This document shows, piece after piece, positions 28,889 through 38,627 of a DNA stretch of 64,000 nucleotides (position 1 is the stretch's first letter; every line of letters starts with the position of its first letter). The DNA lies in contig OZ244561.1 of NCBI GenBank assembly GCA_965217585.1, forward strand, positions 2,176,001-2,240,000, in the 5' to 3' direction. The stretch is from Candidatus Latescibacterota bacterium (GTDB lineage Bacteria > Latescibacterota > UBA2968 > UBA8231). The translations under genes were made by a program, and so were the position numbers. The notes beneath the pieces are model-generated. The model was not told where the DNA came from. It was given only the letters and a program-made list of their open reading frames with translations, and made no database searches.

Positions 28889-30115
28889 ATGAAATCGCTC
28901 AAATCTGTAATCACCCCAATCGCCACCGTCGCCACGGCGTTCAGTTGTGGAGTGGTCGGCGCAGAGAGTATCACGGTGAAAATGGAATCCGTGCGCGAGG
29001 ATTCCGTAGAGCATCTGTTCCAGCCTTATATGCGGCTCGGCGGCCTGCGCCCCTCGCGGCTGACGGAAGGACTGCCCGAGAGCCAATCGATTGCCGGGCT
29101 GGACATCCGTCAGCCCCTGCACACCCGCCTGTCGTTCGATGATTCGTCGGTTGAGCCGATTGTTGTACTGGGATTGGACAGCGACGGACAGGACATTGCC
29201 TTCGTCGTTGCCGACTCCACCGAGCAGCCGCAGCAACTTCAGTTGATAAAAGGTTCTTTCGACTACGTTCCGGCTGATGATGCCCTGCGAGCTGAGCTGA
29301 CCGTGCCCTCGGCTGGCCAAGCGCCTGAGTCCGAGATCGAACTCTTTATCAGCCGCGAACGTAGCTCCGTGATGTACCGCCCCTTCGGACTGCGTTTGGG
29401 CGAAGCAGCTATCGGGGACAGGCGCTATGCCTTGGCAATGATGAGGTCTCCGGGTTTCTTGGCCTATACCCTACCTGCTGACTCACTGGGGAGGACTTTG
29501 CATCAGTTCATGATTGACCGCGATGGAGACGGCATATTCCTGACTTATCTGCTAGGCCAGATCGACGTACTAGAAGACGAAGTTTTCGAGGTCTCCAAGC
29601 CCTTCATAATCGACGATCAAGTTTATAAATTGGCCGATGTGTCGGCGACAGGGGATCAGCTAGTAATCGAGCCCAGCGATCAGACGGTCGCGCTCGCCGT
29701 GGGCTTTGAGATGCCCAACGTCACCGTTACTCGGCTGGACAGCAGTGCTATCGGCCTAACGGCGCTGCGCGGCAAGCCCGTGGTCATCAACTGGTGGCAA
29801 ACCACCTGTTCACCCTGCATCGCGGAGATGCCCGAACTCAACGAACTGGTTGAGAAGTATGCAGACCGCGACGTCGAGTTCCTCGCTATAGCCAACAATG
29901 AAATAGCGGAGTTGCCGCCGTTTCTGGAGAAGCATCCGTTCATCTATGACATCGCCGTGGCGAATGACGAGGCCGTGCGCATTTTTGGCCAAGGTTATCC
30001 GCGTCATGTAATTGTCAGCGGTGAAGGCAAAGTCGTCTTGGATCTCACGGGTCTCAGTCCTGATACCGTTGACCAGATCGATGCGGTTGTCGGCTCGCTG
30101 TTGAGTGAACTTTGA
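28889..30115 (+). CDS. TlpA-like thiol-disulfide oxidoreductase with a large N-terminal domain (copy 1)
   Basis: 'LRGKPVVINWWQTTCSPCIAEMPELN', 'GYPR' cis-Pro; signal-like N-terminus. Confidence 0.85.
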   Translation: MKSLKSVITPIATVATAFSCGVVGAESITVKMESVREDSVEHLFQPYMRLGGLRPSRLTEGLPESQSIAGLDIRQPLHTRLSFDDSSVEPIVVLGLDSDGQDIAFVVADSTEQPQQLQLIKGSFDYVPADDALRAELTVPSAGQAPESEIELFISRERSSVMYRPFGLRLGEAAIGDRRYALAMMRSPGFLAYTLPADSLGRTLHQFMIDRDGDGIFLTYLLGQIDVLEDEVFEVSKPFIIDDQVYKLADVSATGDQLVIEPSDQTVALAVGFEMPNVTVTRLDSSAIGLTALRGKPVVINWWQTTCSPCIAEMPELNELVEKYADRDVEFLAIANNEIAELPPFLEKHPFIYDIAVANDEAVRIFGQGYPRHVIVSGEGKVVLDLTGLSPDTVDQIDAVVGSLLSEL

Positions 30116-30188
30116 GCTTTCTATTGCGGTACAAGCATTTGCCCGCACAACCCCAAACACACCCTACATATCCATAAAGGGAGATGCA

Positions 30189-31355
30189 ATGAGATCGATC
30201 AAAGCAGAGCGTACCACAGTGGCCATGAAATCCGTGCGCGAGGATTCCGTAGAGCATCTCTTCCAGCCTGGTCTGAGACGCGCCTTGGGCGGCCCAGATC
30301 TGACGGAAGGATTGCCCGAGATCCCATCGGTTGCCGGGCTAGACATTCACGAGCCCCTGCACGCCCGTCTATCGTTCAAAGATTCGCCGGCTGAGCCGAT
30401 TGTCCTAGTGGGACTGGATAACGAAGGACAGGATATTGCCTTCGTCGTTGCCGATTCCACTGCACAGCCGCAGCAACTCCAGCTAACAAAAGGTCCTTTT
30501 AAATACGTTCCGGGTGATGACGCTCTGAGAGCCGAGTTGACTGTGCCCCCGGCTGGCCAAGCGCCTGAGTCCAAGATCGAACTCTTTATCCGCCGCGAAC
30601 GGAATGACGTGTTGCACCGCCCATTCGGACTGCGTTTGGGCGAGGCAACCATCGGAGGAAGGCGCTATGCCTTGGCACTGATGAGGGCTCCAGGTTTCTT
30701 GACCTACACCCTACCCGACGACTCACTGGGGCTTACTTTACATCAGCTCGTGATTGACCTCGACGGGGACGGCGTATTCCTGACCAGTCTATACGGCCAA
30801 ACCGAGAAGCTGGAGGACGAGGCTTTCTGGGTCAACGAACCCTTCTTGATCGACGGTCAGGCCTACAAACTAGCCCACGTGTCGGCGACGGGAGATCAGC
30901 TAGTGATCGAGCGTAGCGATCAAACAGTCGCCCTCGCCGTGGGTTTTGAGATGCCGAACGTCACTGTTACTCGGCTCGACAGCAGTGCTATCGAACTGAA
31001 CGCGCTGCGCGGCAAGCCCGTGGTCATCAACTGGTGGCAAACGTTCTGTCCGCCTTGCGCTGCGGAGATTCCCGAACTCAACGAACTGGTTGAGAAGTAC
31101 GCGGGCCGCGACGTCGAATTCCTCGCCATCGCCGACAATGAAGGGCCGGAGTTGAAGCAGTTTTTAGAGGAGCATCCGTTCGCCTATGACATCGCTTTGG
31201 GGAACGACGAGGCCGTGCGCATTTTCGGCCAGGGTTATCCGCGCAATGTGATCCTCGACAGCGACGGCAAAGTCATCTACGACGTCCATGGTTTCAGTTC
31301 TGACAGCACCGACAGGATCGACACAGTTATCGGCTCGCTGTTGAGCGAGCTTTGA
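30189..31355 (+). CDS. TlpA-like thiol-disulfide oxidoreductase (copy 2)
   Basis: Paralog of 28889; 'WWQTFCPPCAAEIPELN'; hydrophobic leader missing. Confidence 0.85.
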   Translation: MRSIKAERTTVAMKSVREDSVEHLFQPGLRRALGGPDLTEGLPEIPSVAGLDIHEPLHARLSFKDSPAEPIVLVGLDNEGQDIAFVVADSTAQPQQLQLTKGPFKYVPGDDALRAELTVPPAGQAPESKIELFIRRERNDVLHRPFGLRLGEATIGGRRYALALMRAPGFLTYTLPDDSLGLTLHQLVIDLDGDGVFLTSLYGQTEKLEDEAFWVNEPFLIDGQAYKLAHVSATGDQLVIERSDQTVALAVGFEMPNVTVTRLDSSAIELNALRGKPVVINWWQTFCPPCAAEIPELNELVEKYAGRDVEFLAIADNEGPELKQFLEEHPFAYDIALGNDEAVRIFGQGYPRNVILDSDGKVIYDVHGFSSDSTDRIDTVIGSLLSEL

Positions 31356-31438
31356 GCGTTCTACAAGCATTCACCGGAACTACTAGTTTTGAAGGCGGTT
31401 CTGCTAGAGGCGCTGCACCACGAATGAGTTGGGATATT

Positions 31439-33889
31439 ATGAACTGCAAAAAGATTAACGCGAATTTGCTTTTGACGATGGCCATCTTGGCCGCCTTATG
31501 GACCGTTCCCGCAGCCCATGCCCAGCCGTGGTTGGTGCGCGGCACCGTCACCGACGCGGCTACCGGGCAGCCTCTGCCAGCGGCTACGGTACAGCTAGCC
31601 GGCACCTATCGCGGGACTATAGCCAACGACGAGGGCGAGTACTCGCTCAAGGTGCAGCAGCTACCGGCGACATTGAAAGTGACTTATATCGGCTACGTCT
31701 CCCAAGACCGCGCGTTGACGACCCCTGCGGAGCGGGTCGATTTCGTCCTGACTCCCGTGCCCTTTCTGTTCGATCCCATCGTGGTGACTGCCGAAACCTC
31801 AGCCGAGGGTATCATGCGCCAAGTCATCCGCCGCAAACAAGCGTGGCGGCCCAGCTTGGCCAGCTATCAGGCACAGGCGTATACTCGACGGGTTTTGGAA
31901 AACGAAGAAGGTATCGTCATGATCGGCGAATTGGCCTCGGAAATTTATTGGGAACGGGAGCAGGGGCTGCGCGAAGTGGTCAAGTCGAGTCGTGTGACCC
32001 GAAATTTGGATTCTCACGAAGAATACACCTCGGCCTTGGAGGGGTTTACGAATTTCTACGACGACGATATCCCCTTTATCAGTCACATGCTGATCGGGCC
32101 GACCCATCCCGATGCCCTCAAGCACTACCACTTCCGCTTGATCGGCCAACGCTATTTGGACGATCAGGTGGTATTCGACATTTCGGTTGAGCCAAAAAAC
32201 AAATTGCAGGCCGCTTTTGTCGGCCGCGTCGCAGTATTGGACGAGGATTTCGCCTTGCTCGAAGTAGAGCTGGCACCCAGCCGGGCGACCACGACCTCGG
32301 CCATTCCCCTGCCCCTGATCGAGCACATGGATTTCGCCTACCAACAACAGTTCCGCGGCTTTGCCGGAGGGGTGTGGCTGCCGGTCGATTACCGGGCCTC
32401 TATGGAAATAAAAATCGGCATGGTGGGGCTGCACTTTCCCGCGATTAAATACAATGTGGTGACGCGGCTGAGCGATTATCAAGTCAATGTCGATACGCCC
32501 GATTCGCTCTACGCCAGCGAGGAGGTTCTGCGGGTCGATTCGCTGGCCGTGGCCCAGGACAGTTCCTTTGCCCGGCTGGCCGACAAAGTGCCCCTGTCAG
32601 CGCGGGAACAAGCCGCTTATGCCACCATCGACAGCACCATGCAATTCGAACAGGCCTTCCGGCCTACGGGGTTTCTCGCCCGTTTTTTGGTGGAGGAGGA
32701 AGCGGTGCAGGTAAAGGAAGAGACGGAGCAGGTCAAGGAAGAGACGGAGGAGCAGGCGGGGTCGTCGCGCTGGTTGGGACAGATCGGACTGAAGCCTGTC
32801 TTGCGATACGACCGGGTAGGTGGGGCGCATCTGGGGCTGGGGGGAAAACGGGGTCTGTTCGGCGGACTGGAGGCCGGCGGTAGTACCGGATACAACGTTG
32901 GTTTGAAGCGCTGGTCCTACCGGGGCCGGGTCGGCTGGCAGCGGACAGCGGGCAGAGTGGCTTTGGAGTATGAGAGAGGGCCGATGCCACGCACTCCTTC
33001 GGACAGCTATCCCCTTTTGCTCAACAGCGGTCAGTTCCTGCTAGGCTTGGACGACTATTTCGATTATTACTGGAACGAAAGGCTGCGAGCGCGGCTTCAT
33101 CTTTCCCTGCCGGGTCAGGTCGGCTTGGCAATGGGCTTTAACCACGAGGCGCATTCTTCTCTACGGGAAACGACCGCTTTCAGTCTGTTGAATCGGGACT
33201 GGAGGCCGCGGCTCAATCCGGCTATTGAGGAAGGTCGGCTGCGCTCGGTGGAGGTGGGCTTCGAATGGGGCGGGCCGTACCAGCCTTTTGGAATGACGGC
33301 CAATCGGAGAGTCGAAATGGGAGTGGAGCATAGCAACACCGGGCTGGGCAGCGACTTTTCCTTCACTCGCCTGCATTTGGCCTTGGACGGCCATTTCAAG
33401 ACCTTCCTCAAGCGCCGCTTCACGCCCAACGCGCTCGATGTACGGCTGGTGGCGGGATACTCAATCGGCGATGTGCCAGTGCAGCGCTTTGGGTCTTTGG
33501 AGGCCAGCATGGGCTTTTTCTCGCCGTTTGGCGCTTTCCGCACGGTGCGCGGCCATCCCTATGAGGGGGAGCACTATGCGGCCCTGTACTGGGAGCACAA
33601 CTTTAAGACCACGCCCTTTGAGCTATTGGGGCTGTGGGATTGGGCCATGCGGGGCGCGGGGCTGGTGGTGCATGGGGCTTCGGGGCGGACCTGGATTGAC
33701 CCGGAGCGGCGAGCCAACCTAGGATACGACCCGCGCTACGAGGAGAGTTTCCGCCATGAGGTGGGGGTCTCGCTTATGCTGTACCATCTGCTGCGCCTCG
33801 ATTTTACTCGGCGCTTGGATCGGCCCGGCTGGAGCGCGGGGTTGAGCTTGGTGCGCTTTGATTTTGGGGGTACTGTTACTGTAAAGTAA
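31439..33889 (+). CDS. CarboxypepD_reg-like + DUF5686-type outer membrane protein
   Basis: Signal peptide (AHA), 'VRGTVTDAATGQPLPAATV...GT..N..G.Y', beta-rich C-terminus; internal 21-bp tandem repeat QVKEETE x2 at 32708-32749. Confidence 0.75.
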   Translation: MNCKKINANLLLTMAILAALWTVPAAHAQPWLVRGTVTDAATGQPLPAATVQLAGTYRGTIANDEGEYSLKVQQLPATLKVTYIGYVSQDRALTTPAERVDFVLTPVPFLFDPIVVTAETSAEGIMRQVIRRKQAWRPSLASYQAQAYTRRVLENEEGIVMIGELASEIYWEREQGLREVVKSSRVTRNLDSHEEYTSALEGFTNFYDDDIPFISHMLIGPTHPDALKHYHFRLIGQRYLDDQVVFDISVEPKNKLQAAFVGRVAVLDEDFALLEVELAPSRATTTSAIPLPLIEHMDFAYQQQFRGFAGGVWLPVDYRASMEIKIGMVGLHFPAIKYNVVTRLSDYQVNVDTPDSLYASEEVLRVDSLAVAQDSSFARLADKVPLSAREQAAYATIDSTMQFEQAFRPTGFLARFLVEEEAVQVKEETEQVKEETEEQAGSSRWLGQIGLKPVLRYDRVGGAHLGLGGKRGLFGGLEAGGSTGYNVGLKRWSYRGRVGWQRTAGRVALEYERGPMPRTPSDSYPLLLNSGQFLLGLDDYFDYYWNERLRARLHLSLPGQVGLAMGFNHEAHSSLRETTAFSLLNRDWRPRLNPAIEEGRLRSVEVGFEWGGPYQPFGMTANRRVEMGVEHSNTGLGSDFSFTRLHLALDGHFKTFLKRRFTPNALDVRLVAGYSIGDVPVQRFGSLEASMGFFSPFGAFRTVRGHPYEGEHYAALYWEHNFKTTPFELLGLWDWAMRGAGLVVHGASGRTWIDPERRANLGYDPRYEESFRHEVGVSLMLYHLLRLDFTRRLDRPGWSAGLSLVRFDFGGTVTVK

Positions 33890-34130
33890 GGAGGATGTAA
33901 TCCGTTGCCGTTGACGGACAAAATGTTGCTGCTGACGATGTTTCGGACGAATTTCATCAGACGCTCGGGCTCGACTTGGATGCGTGCGGCTGGCCGAGGC
34001 CCTGCACTCATCGTCGTGACCGAGCGCTCGGACGAACACGACAGGAACCTTTGAACCGAAGAAGAACCACCGATTCATATCCCAACGCCGCTTTAGAACA
34101 AGCACACATAGTCAAAGGAAAACTTCTGAG

Positions 34131-34752
34131 ATGACCACGAGACGCAACTTCCTCGGCACGGCCGCTTTAGTTGGCACCGCCACGGCAACCTCAACCGCTG
34201 GAAGACTTGCAGGGCAAGCGCGTCTTCACCTTCCCGACAGCAGGCCGCTTCCTCGCCCAATTCGGCGTGGTGCCGGTGACCCTGCCGTGGGAAGACATTG
34301 AAGCCGCTGTGCAGACGGGCAAGCTCGACGGCATCGCTTGGTCTGGGATTACAGAGGACTACACCGTCGGCTGGGCGGACGTGACCAACTACTTCCTCAC
34401 CAACAGTATTTCGGGCGCGTGGGCCGGTTCATTTTTCGCCAACATGGATCGCTGGAACGAACTGCCGGAACATCTGCAGACTATGCTGAAGCTGACCTTT
34501 GACAGCTCGCACTATTACCGCCAGTGGTGGTATTGGGGCGGCGAGGCCAGCCTGCGCGTGAACGGCACGAAGATGAAGCTGACTTCCATTCCGGACCAAG
34601 AGTGGGCGCAAGTCGAGGCCGCGGCGGTTAAATTCTGGGATGAAATCGCCGCCGAGTCCGAGGTCAAAGCCCAGGTCGTCGAGGTCTTCCGCCAGTACAA
34701 TGCCGACATGCAGCAGGCCGGGCGTCCCTACCGCTATGTGTACCACGAATGA
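34131..34752 (+). pseudogene. dctP: TRAP substrate-binding protein (DctP/TakP-like), internally deleted
   Basis: Tat leader MTTRRNFLG in one frame fused out of frame to 'LEDLQGKRVFTFP...QTGKLDG' C-terminal half. Confidence 0.75.
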
Positions 34753-34766
34753 GGAAGGAATCAACC

Positions 34767-35927
34767 ATGCGTTATCTCATGTTAGCAGTTTTTCTGTTTG
34801 CGCCGTTGGCGTATGCCGCGCCACTCGAAGAAGCCCCTGAGGGCAATTACGATTTGGTGGCCGTCGAAGTCGTCCATATACCCGAGGAAGTAGTGGTCTG
34901 GGATAAAGTTGTGTTCGTCCGACATATGACCAACCGAGGCACTGACGCCATTCCCCCCCGCACCTATCGAGTCGATTTGTACGTTGACGACGAGCGCGTC
35001 AGCTACGATTACGGCACGGCAGGTTTGCCGCCGGGCAGACCTAGTACCTACTCAATGTCCGAAGGCTACTATCACTTCATGACGACTGAACCGGGGACGT
35101 ACACATACCGCTGGGTCTTGGACGAGGAAGACAATCTGCCCGAGACGGACGAGACCAATAATGTCATTGAGGGGACCATCGTCGTGTCCGAGCGCTCGGC
35201 TGAGCACGACAGGCTCCAAGCGGCCCTGCTAGATCAGCTCGAACTCATAGGCAAAAATATGGTGGACGGGCACTATCCCCCCGAACTCGAACTTGGCCCG
35301 GATTCAACCCACAAAGAGTTACAGTGGTTCACAGATTTGTTTGACGACTTCGAGGTTATAGTGTACTCGGGGGACTATTATCGTAACTACCTAACGCCCC
35401 GAGAGTCCGCTCCTCCGGGGGGAAAGGCCACTCACCGCTTGGATCTCAGAAATACGAGTGCGAGCGAATGGCCAGAGTTGTTCGTCCAGTATTTCGACGG
35501 GCAGGAATGGGCAAAACAGGCCACCAGCGAATTCGACAGGGATAATCAGGTTACAACATTAACCTTCAGGGTGGCTCACGACGAGCAAACAGGTACTTTC
35601 CGTCTGCTGGAATCGAGCAGGGTGAGTTATCTTTCCCCGGATGAGGAGGGTTGGCTTGGCGTATTGTTGATCGAGGGCGAGGGTGGTGTGGTCGTCCACC
35701 AAGTAGAGGACGGCAGTCCCGCGCAAGAGGCTGGCTTTGAAGAAGGCGACATTTTGCTCACCCTAGCAGGGAAACCCATAATTTCCCGATCCCAACTAAA
35801 CTTCCTACTGAGGCGTATGAAACCCGGTACTGAAGTTGCGTTCGGACTCGTGCGCAATGGTGCCCAAATAGAGAAGACGGTACAGTTGGGGACTCGACCC
35901 AGGCCCCGCCGACTAGGCCGCGAATGA
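34767..35927 (+). CDS. Secreted CARDB-like + PDZ domain protein
   Basis: Signal peptide; 'LD..DNLPETDETNN' CARDB end; 'WLGV...V..GSPAQEAG...GDI' PDZ. Confidence 0.75.
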   Translation: MRYLMLAVFLFAPLAYAAPLEEAPEGNYDLVAVEVVHIPEEVVVWDKVVFVRHMTNRGTDAIPPRTYRVDLYVDDERVSYDYGTAGLPPGRPSTYSMSEGYYHFMTTEPGTYTYRWVLDEEDNLPETDETNNVIEGTIVVSERSAEHDRLQAALLDQLELIGKNMVDGHYPPELELGPDSTHKELQWFTDLFDDFEVIVYSGDYYRNYLTPRESAPPGGKATHRLDLRNTSASEWPELFVQYFDGQEWAKQATSEFDRDNQVTTLTFRVAHDEQTGTFRLLESSRVSYLSPDEEGWLGVLLIEGEGGVVVHQVEDGSPAQEAGFEEGDILLTLAGKPIISRSQLNFLLRRMKPGTEVAFGLVRNGAQIEKTVQLGTRPRPRRLGRE

Positions 35928-35937
35928 GGACTAGGCG

Positions 35938-37308
35938 ATGATCCTGGTAGTGGATGACGATATCTCCGTGACCACGTCGCTGTCCCTGCTGCTCAAGCAG
36001 GCCGGCTACCAGACCGCGATGGCCGCGTCTCCAGCGGAGGCCCTCGAATGGCTGGAGCGCGGCGGATGCGAACTGGTCTTGCAGGACATGAACTTCTCGC
36101 GCCAGACCAGCGGCGAGGAAGGCATGGAATTGTTGCGGGAGATCAAGCAGCGATGGGCTAGTGTGCCGGTCATTTTGATGACGGCTTGGGGGTCCATTGA
36201 ACTGGCCGTGCAGGGCATCAAGGCCGGTGCTGCGGATTTTGTCACCAAGCCCTGGACCAACAAACAGATCCTCCAGGCCGTGAAAACGGCGCTGGGCTTG
36301 GCCGCGGCAACGCCAGCCACCGAGCGCACCATCACGCGCGAGGAACTGGACCGCCAGGGCGATTTCACCAACATCATCGGCACGGATCCCCAACTGCTCA
36401 AAGTGCTCGAAGTCGTCAGTCGCGTCGCGCCCACCGACGCCTCGGTGCTGATCACCGGCGAGAGCGGCACCGGCAAAGACGAAGTCGCCCAAGCTCTCTT
36501 CCGCAACAGCAATCGGCGCGATCAGCCCTTTGTCAAAGTCAATCTCGGCGGCATTTCCTCGACCCTGTTCGACAGCGAGATGTTCGGGCACGTGAAGGGA
36601 GCCTTCACCGACGCGCGGCAGGATCGCACCGGCCGCTTTGCGTTGTCCGATGGCGGCACCATCTTCCTCGACGAAATCGGCGATCTTGCCCCGAGTTGCC
36701 AAGTCAAGCTCCTGCGCGTTTTGCAGGACCGGACCTATGAAGTGCTGGGGTCGAGCAAGACCCGTTCAGTGGATGTGCGGGTGATTTCGGCGACCAACCA
36801 GAACCTGCTAGAATTGGTCGAGTCGGGGGCCTTCCGCGAGGATCTACTCTATCGCCTCAACCTCATCGTCCTGCACCTGCCACCCCTGCGCCAACGGCCG
36901 GAGGACATCCCGCTGCTAGCGCGCCACTTTGCGCTGGGCGTGGCCCAAGCCTACCGCCGCGACTTGGAGATCAACGCCGCGGCCCAGAGTTGGCTGCAAA
37001 CCCTGCCGTGGCCGGGCAACATCCGCCAGTTGAAGCAACTGGTCGAACGGACTGCCTTGATGAGTTCCAGCCGCGTCTTGGGGGCCGACGACTTCTCCGC
37101 GGCCCTATCGATGCAGCCCGAGGAAGGCCAGAGTGGAGCGAGCGATCTGCCAGCGCCGGGCTCCATGACCCTCGACGAGTTGGAACGGTCGATGATCGTC
37201 CAGTGCATGGAGCGCTACCAAGGCAATATCAGCCGAGTGGCCCAGGCTTTGGGCTTGAGTCGGGCGGCGCTGTACCGTCGCTTTGAGAAATACGGAATCG
37301 ACCCTTGA
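35938..37308 (+). CDS. sigma54-dependent response regulator (NtrC/Fis family)
   Basis: Receiver 'ILVVDDD', GESGTGK, GAFTDA, 'FLDEIG', WPGNIRQL, Fis HTH. Confidence 0.95.
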   Translation: MILVVDDDISVTTSLSLLLKQAGYQTAMAASPAEALEWLERGGCELVLQDMNFSRQTSGEEGMELLREIKQRWASVPVILMTAWGSIELAVQGIKAGAADFVTKPWTNKQILQAVKTALGLAAATPATERTITREELDRQGDFTNIIGTDPQLLKVLEVVSRVAPTDASVLITGESGTGKDEVAQALFRNSNRRDQPFVKVNLGGISSTLFDSEMFGHVKGAFTDARQDRTGRFALSDGGTIFLDEIGDLAPSCQVKLLRVLQDRTYEVLGSSKTRSVDVRVISATNQNLLELVESGAFREDLLYRLNLIVLHLPPLRQRPEDIPLLARHFALGVAQAYRRDLEINAAAQSWLQTLPWPGNIRQLKQLVERTALMSSSRVLGADDFSAALSMQPEEGQSGASDLPAPGSMTLDELERSMIVQCMERYQGNISRVAQALGLSRAALYRRFEKYGIDP

Positions 37309-38606
37309 GCCTGCGCTCCAAACTCATCCTCTATCTGATCGGTATCCACCTCGTATTCGCGGGGCTTGCTGGGTACCTATTGCGCGAGGAAAAGTTTTGG
37401 CTATTGGGGATTGAAGCATTCTTCATCCTGTCTTTTGCGATCGGCGTGCGCTTGATCCAGCATTTTTGGGTGCCGCTCGATCTGATCCGCACGGGTGCCG
37501 AACTCATCGGCGAGCGCGATTTCACCAGCAAGTTCGTCGAAGTGGGCCAGCCAGAAATGGATCAGCTTGTGCGCGTGTACAACCGCATGATCGACCAATT
37601 GCGCGAAGAGCGCACGCGGCTGCAGGAACAGCACTACTTCATGGACAAGATCCTGACGGCCTCGCCGTCGGGCATTATCACCCTCGACTTTGACGACAAG
37701 GTCTCTCTGGTCAATCCCAGTGCTAGCCGCCTGTTGGGGCTGGCCGAAGGGGCGGCGCTCGGCCGGCCATTGGCCGAGTTGGGAACGGCATTTGCCCGCT
37801 CCCTGCACGCGTTGGCCGTCGGCGAGTCGCAGGTGTTGCCGCTGCAAGGGCAGCAGGTGCGCTGCCACAAGGCGCAGTTTTTGGACCGGGGATTCCCGCG
37901 CAGCTTTATCCTCATGGAGGAATTGACCGAGGAATTGCGCCTGTCGGAGAAGGCGGCCTACGAGAAGGTCATCCGCCTGTTGGCACACGAGGTGAACAAT
38001 TCAACGGGGGCGGTCAATTCCCTGCTGCACTCCTGCCTCAACTACAAGGGACAATTGCGGGAGGCCGACCGCGGCGATTTTGAGAACGCCCTGCAAGTGG
38101 CCATCGACCGCATCGACCATCTCAGCGCCTTCATGCACAGCTTTGCCGAGGTGGTCAAGCTGCCGGCACCGCACTTGCAGCCCGTGGACCTAGAAGCCCT
38201 GTTGCGCGACATCGCCCTGCTAATGCGCGCCGAGTGCGAGCGCCGCAACATCGAGTGGGACTGGGATATGCAGGCGGACCTGAAACGCATCGCCATGGAC
38301 GAAAACCAGATGGAGCAGGCGTTTGTCAATATCCTGAAAAATGCGCTGGAGGCCATTGGCGAAAACGGCAGGATAACCATTCGTCTGGGAAAGCTCCAAG
38401 ACCGGCCTTTTGCCGTGGTCGAGGATACGGGCACGGGGATCGACCCGGAAGTGGCCGAGAGCCTGTTTACGCCGTTTTTCAGCACCAAGGAAAATCGGCG
38501 CGGCCTCGGCCTGACTCTGGTGCAGGAGATTTTGAGCCGGCACGGTTTTGCCTTTTCCCTCGAAAGCCCTCCAGACGAGCCGACCCGTTTTACCATCCGC
38601 TTTTGA
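37305..38606 (+). CDS. PAS-domain sensor histidine kinase (NtrY-like)
   Basis: 'LAHEVNN' H-box, 'NILKNALEA', 'DTGTG', 'PFFSTK', 'GLGL'. Confidence 0.92.
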   Translation: MSLRSKLILYLIGIHLVFAGLAGYLLREEKFWLLGIEAFFILSFAIGVRLIQHFWVPLDLIRTGAELIGERDFTSKFVEVGQPEMDQLVRVYNRMIDQLREERTRLQEQHYFMDKILTASPSGIITLDFDDKVSLVNPSASRLLGLAEGAALGRPLAELGTAFARSLHALAVGESQVLPLQGQQVRCHKAQFLDRGFPRSFILMEELTEELRLSEKAAYEKVIRLLAHEVNNSTGAVNSLLHSCLNYKGQLREADRGDFENALQVAIDRIDHLSAFMHSFAEVVKLPAPHLQPVDLEALLRDIALLMRAECERRNIEWDWDMQADLKRIAMDENQMEQAFVNILKNALEAIGENGRITIRLGKLQDRPFAVVEDTGTGIDPEVAESLFTPFFSTKENRRGLGLTLVQEILSRHGFAFSLESPPDEPTRFTIRF

Positions 38607-38627
38607 AATAGGCGTTGCCAAGCCAAG

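Larger units (their letters stand above)
28802..31427 (+). repeat. 21-bp exact direct repeat GAGGCGCTGCACCACGAATGA flanking the TlpA pair
   Basis: Copies at 28802-28822 (permease 3' end) and 31407-31427. Confidence 0.85.

Noticed and set aside
32708-32749. 21-bp tandem repeat as a phase-variation locus
   Set aside because: Two in-frame copies in a linker; ordinary slippage.
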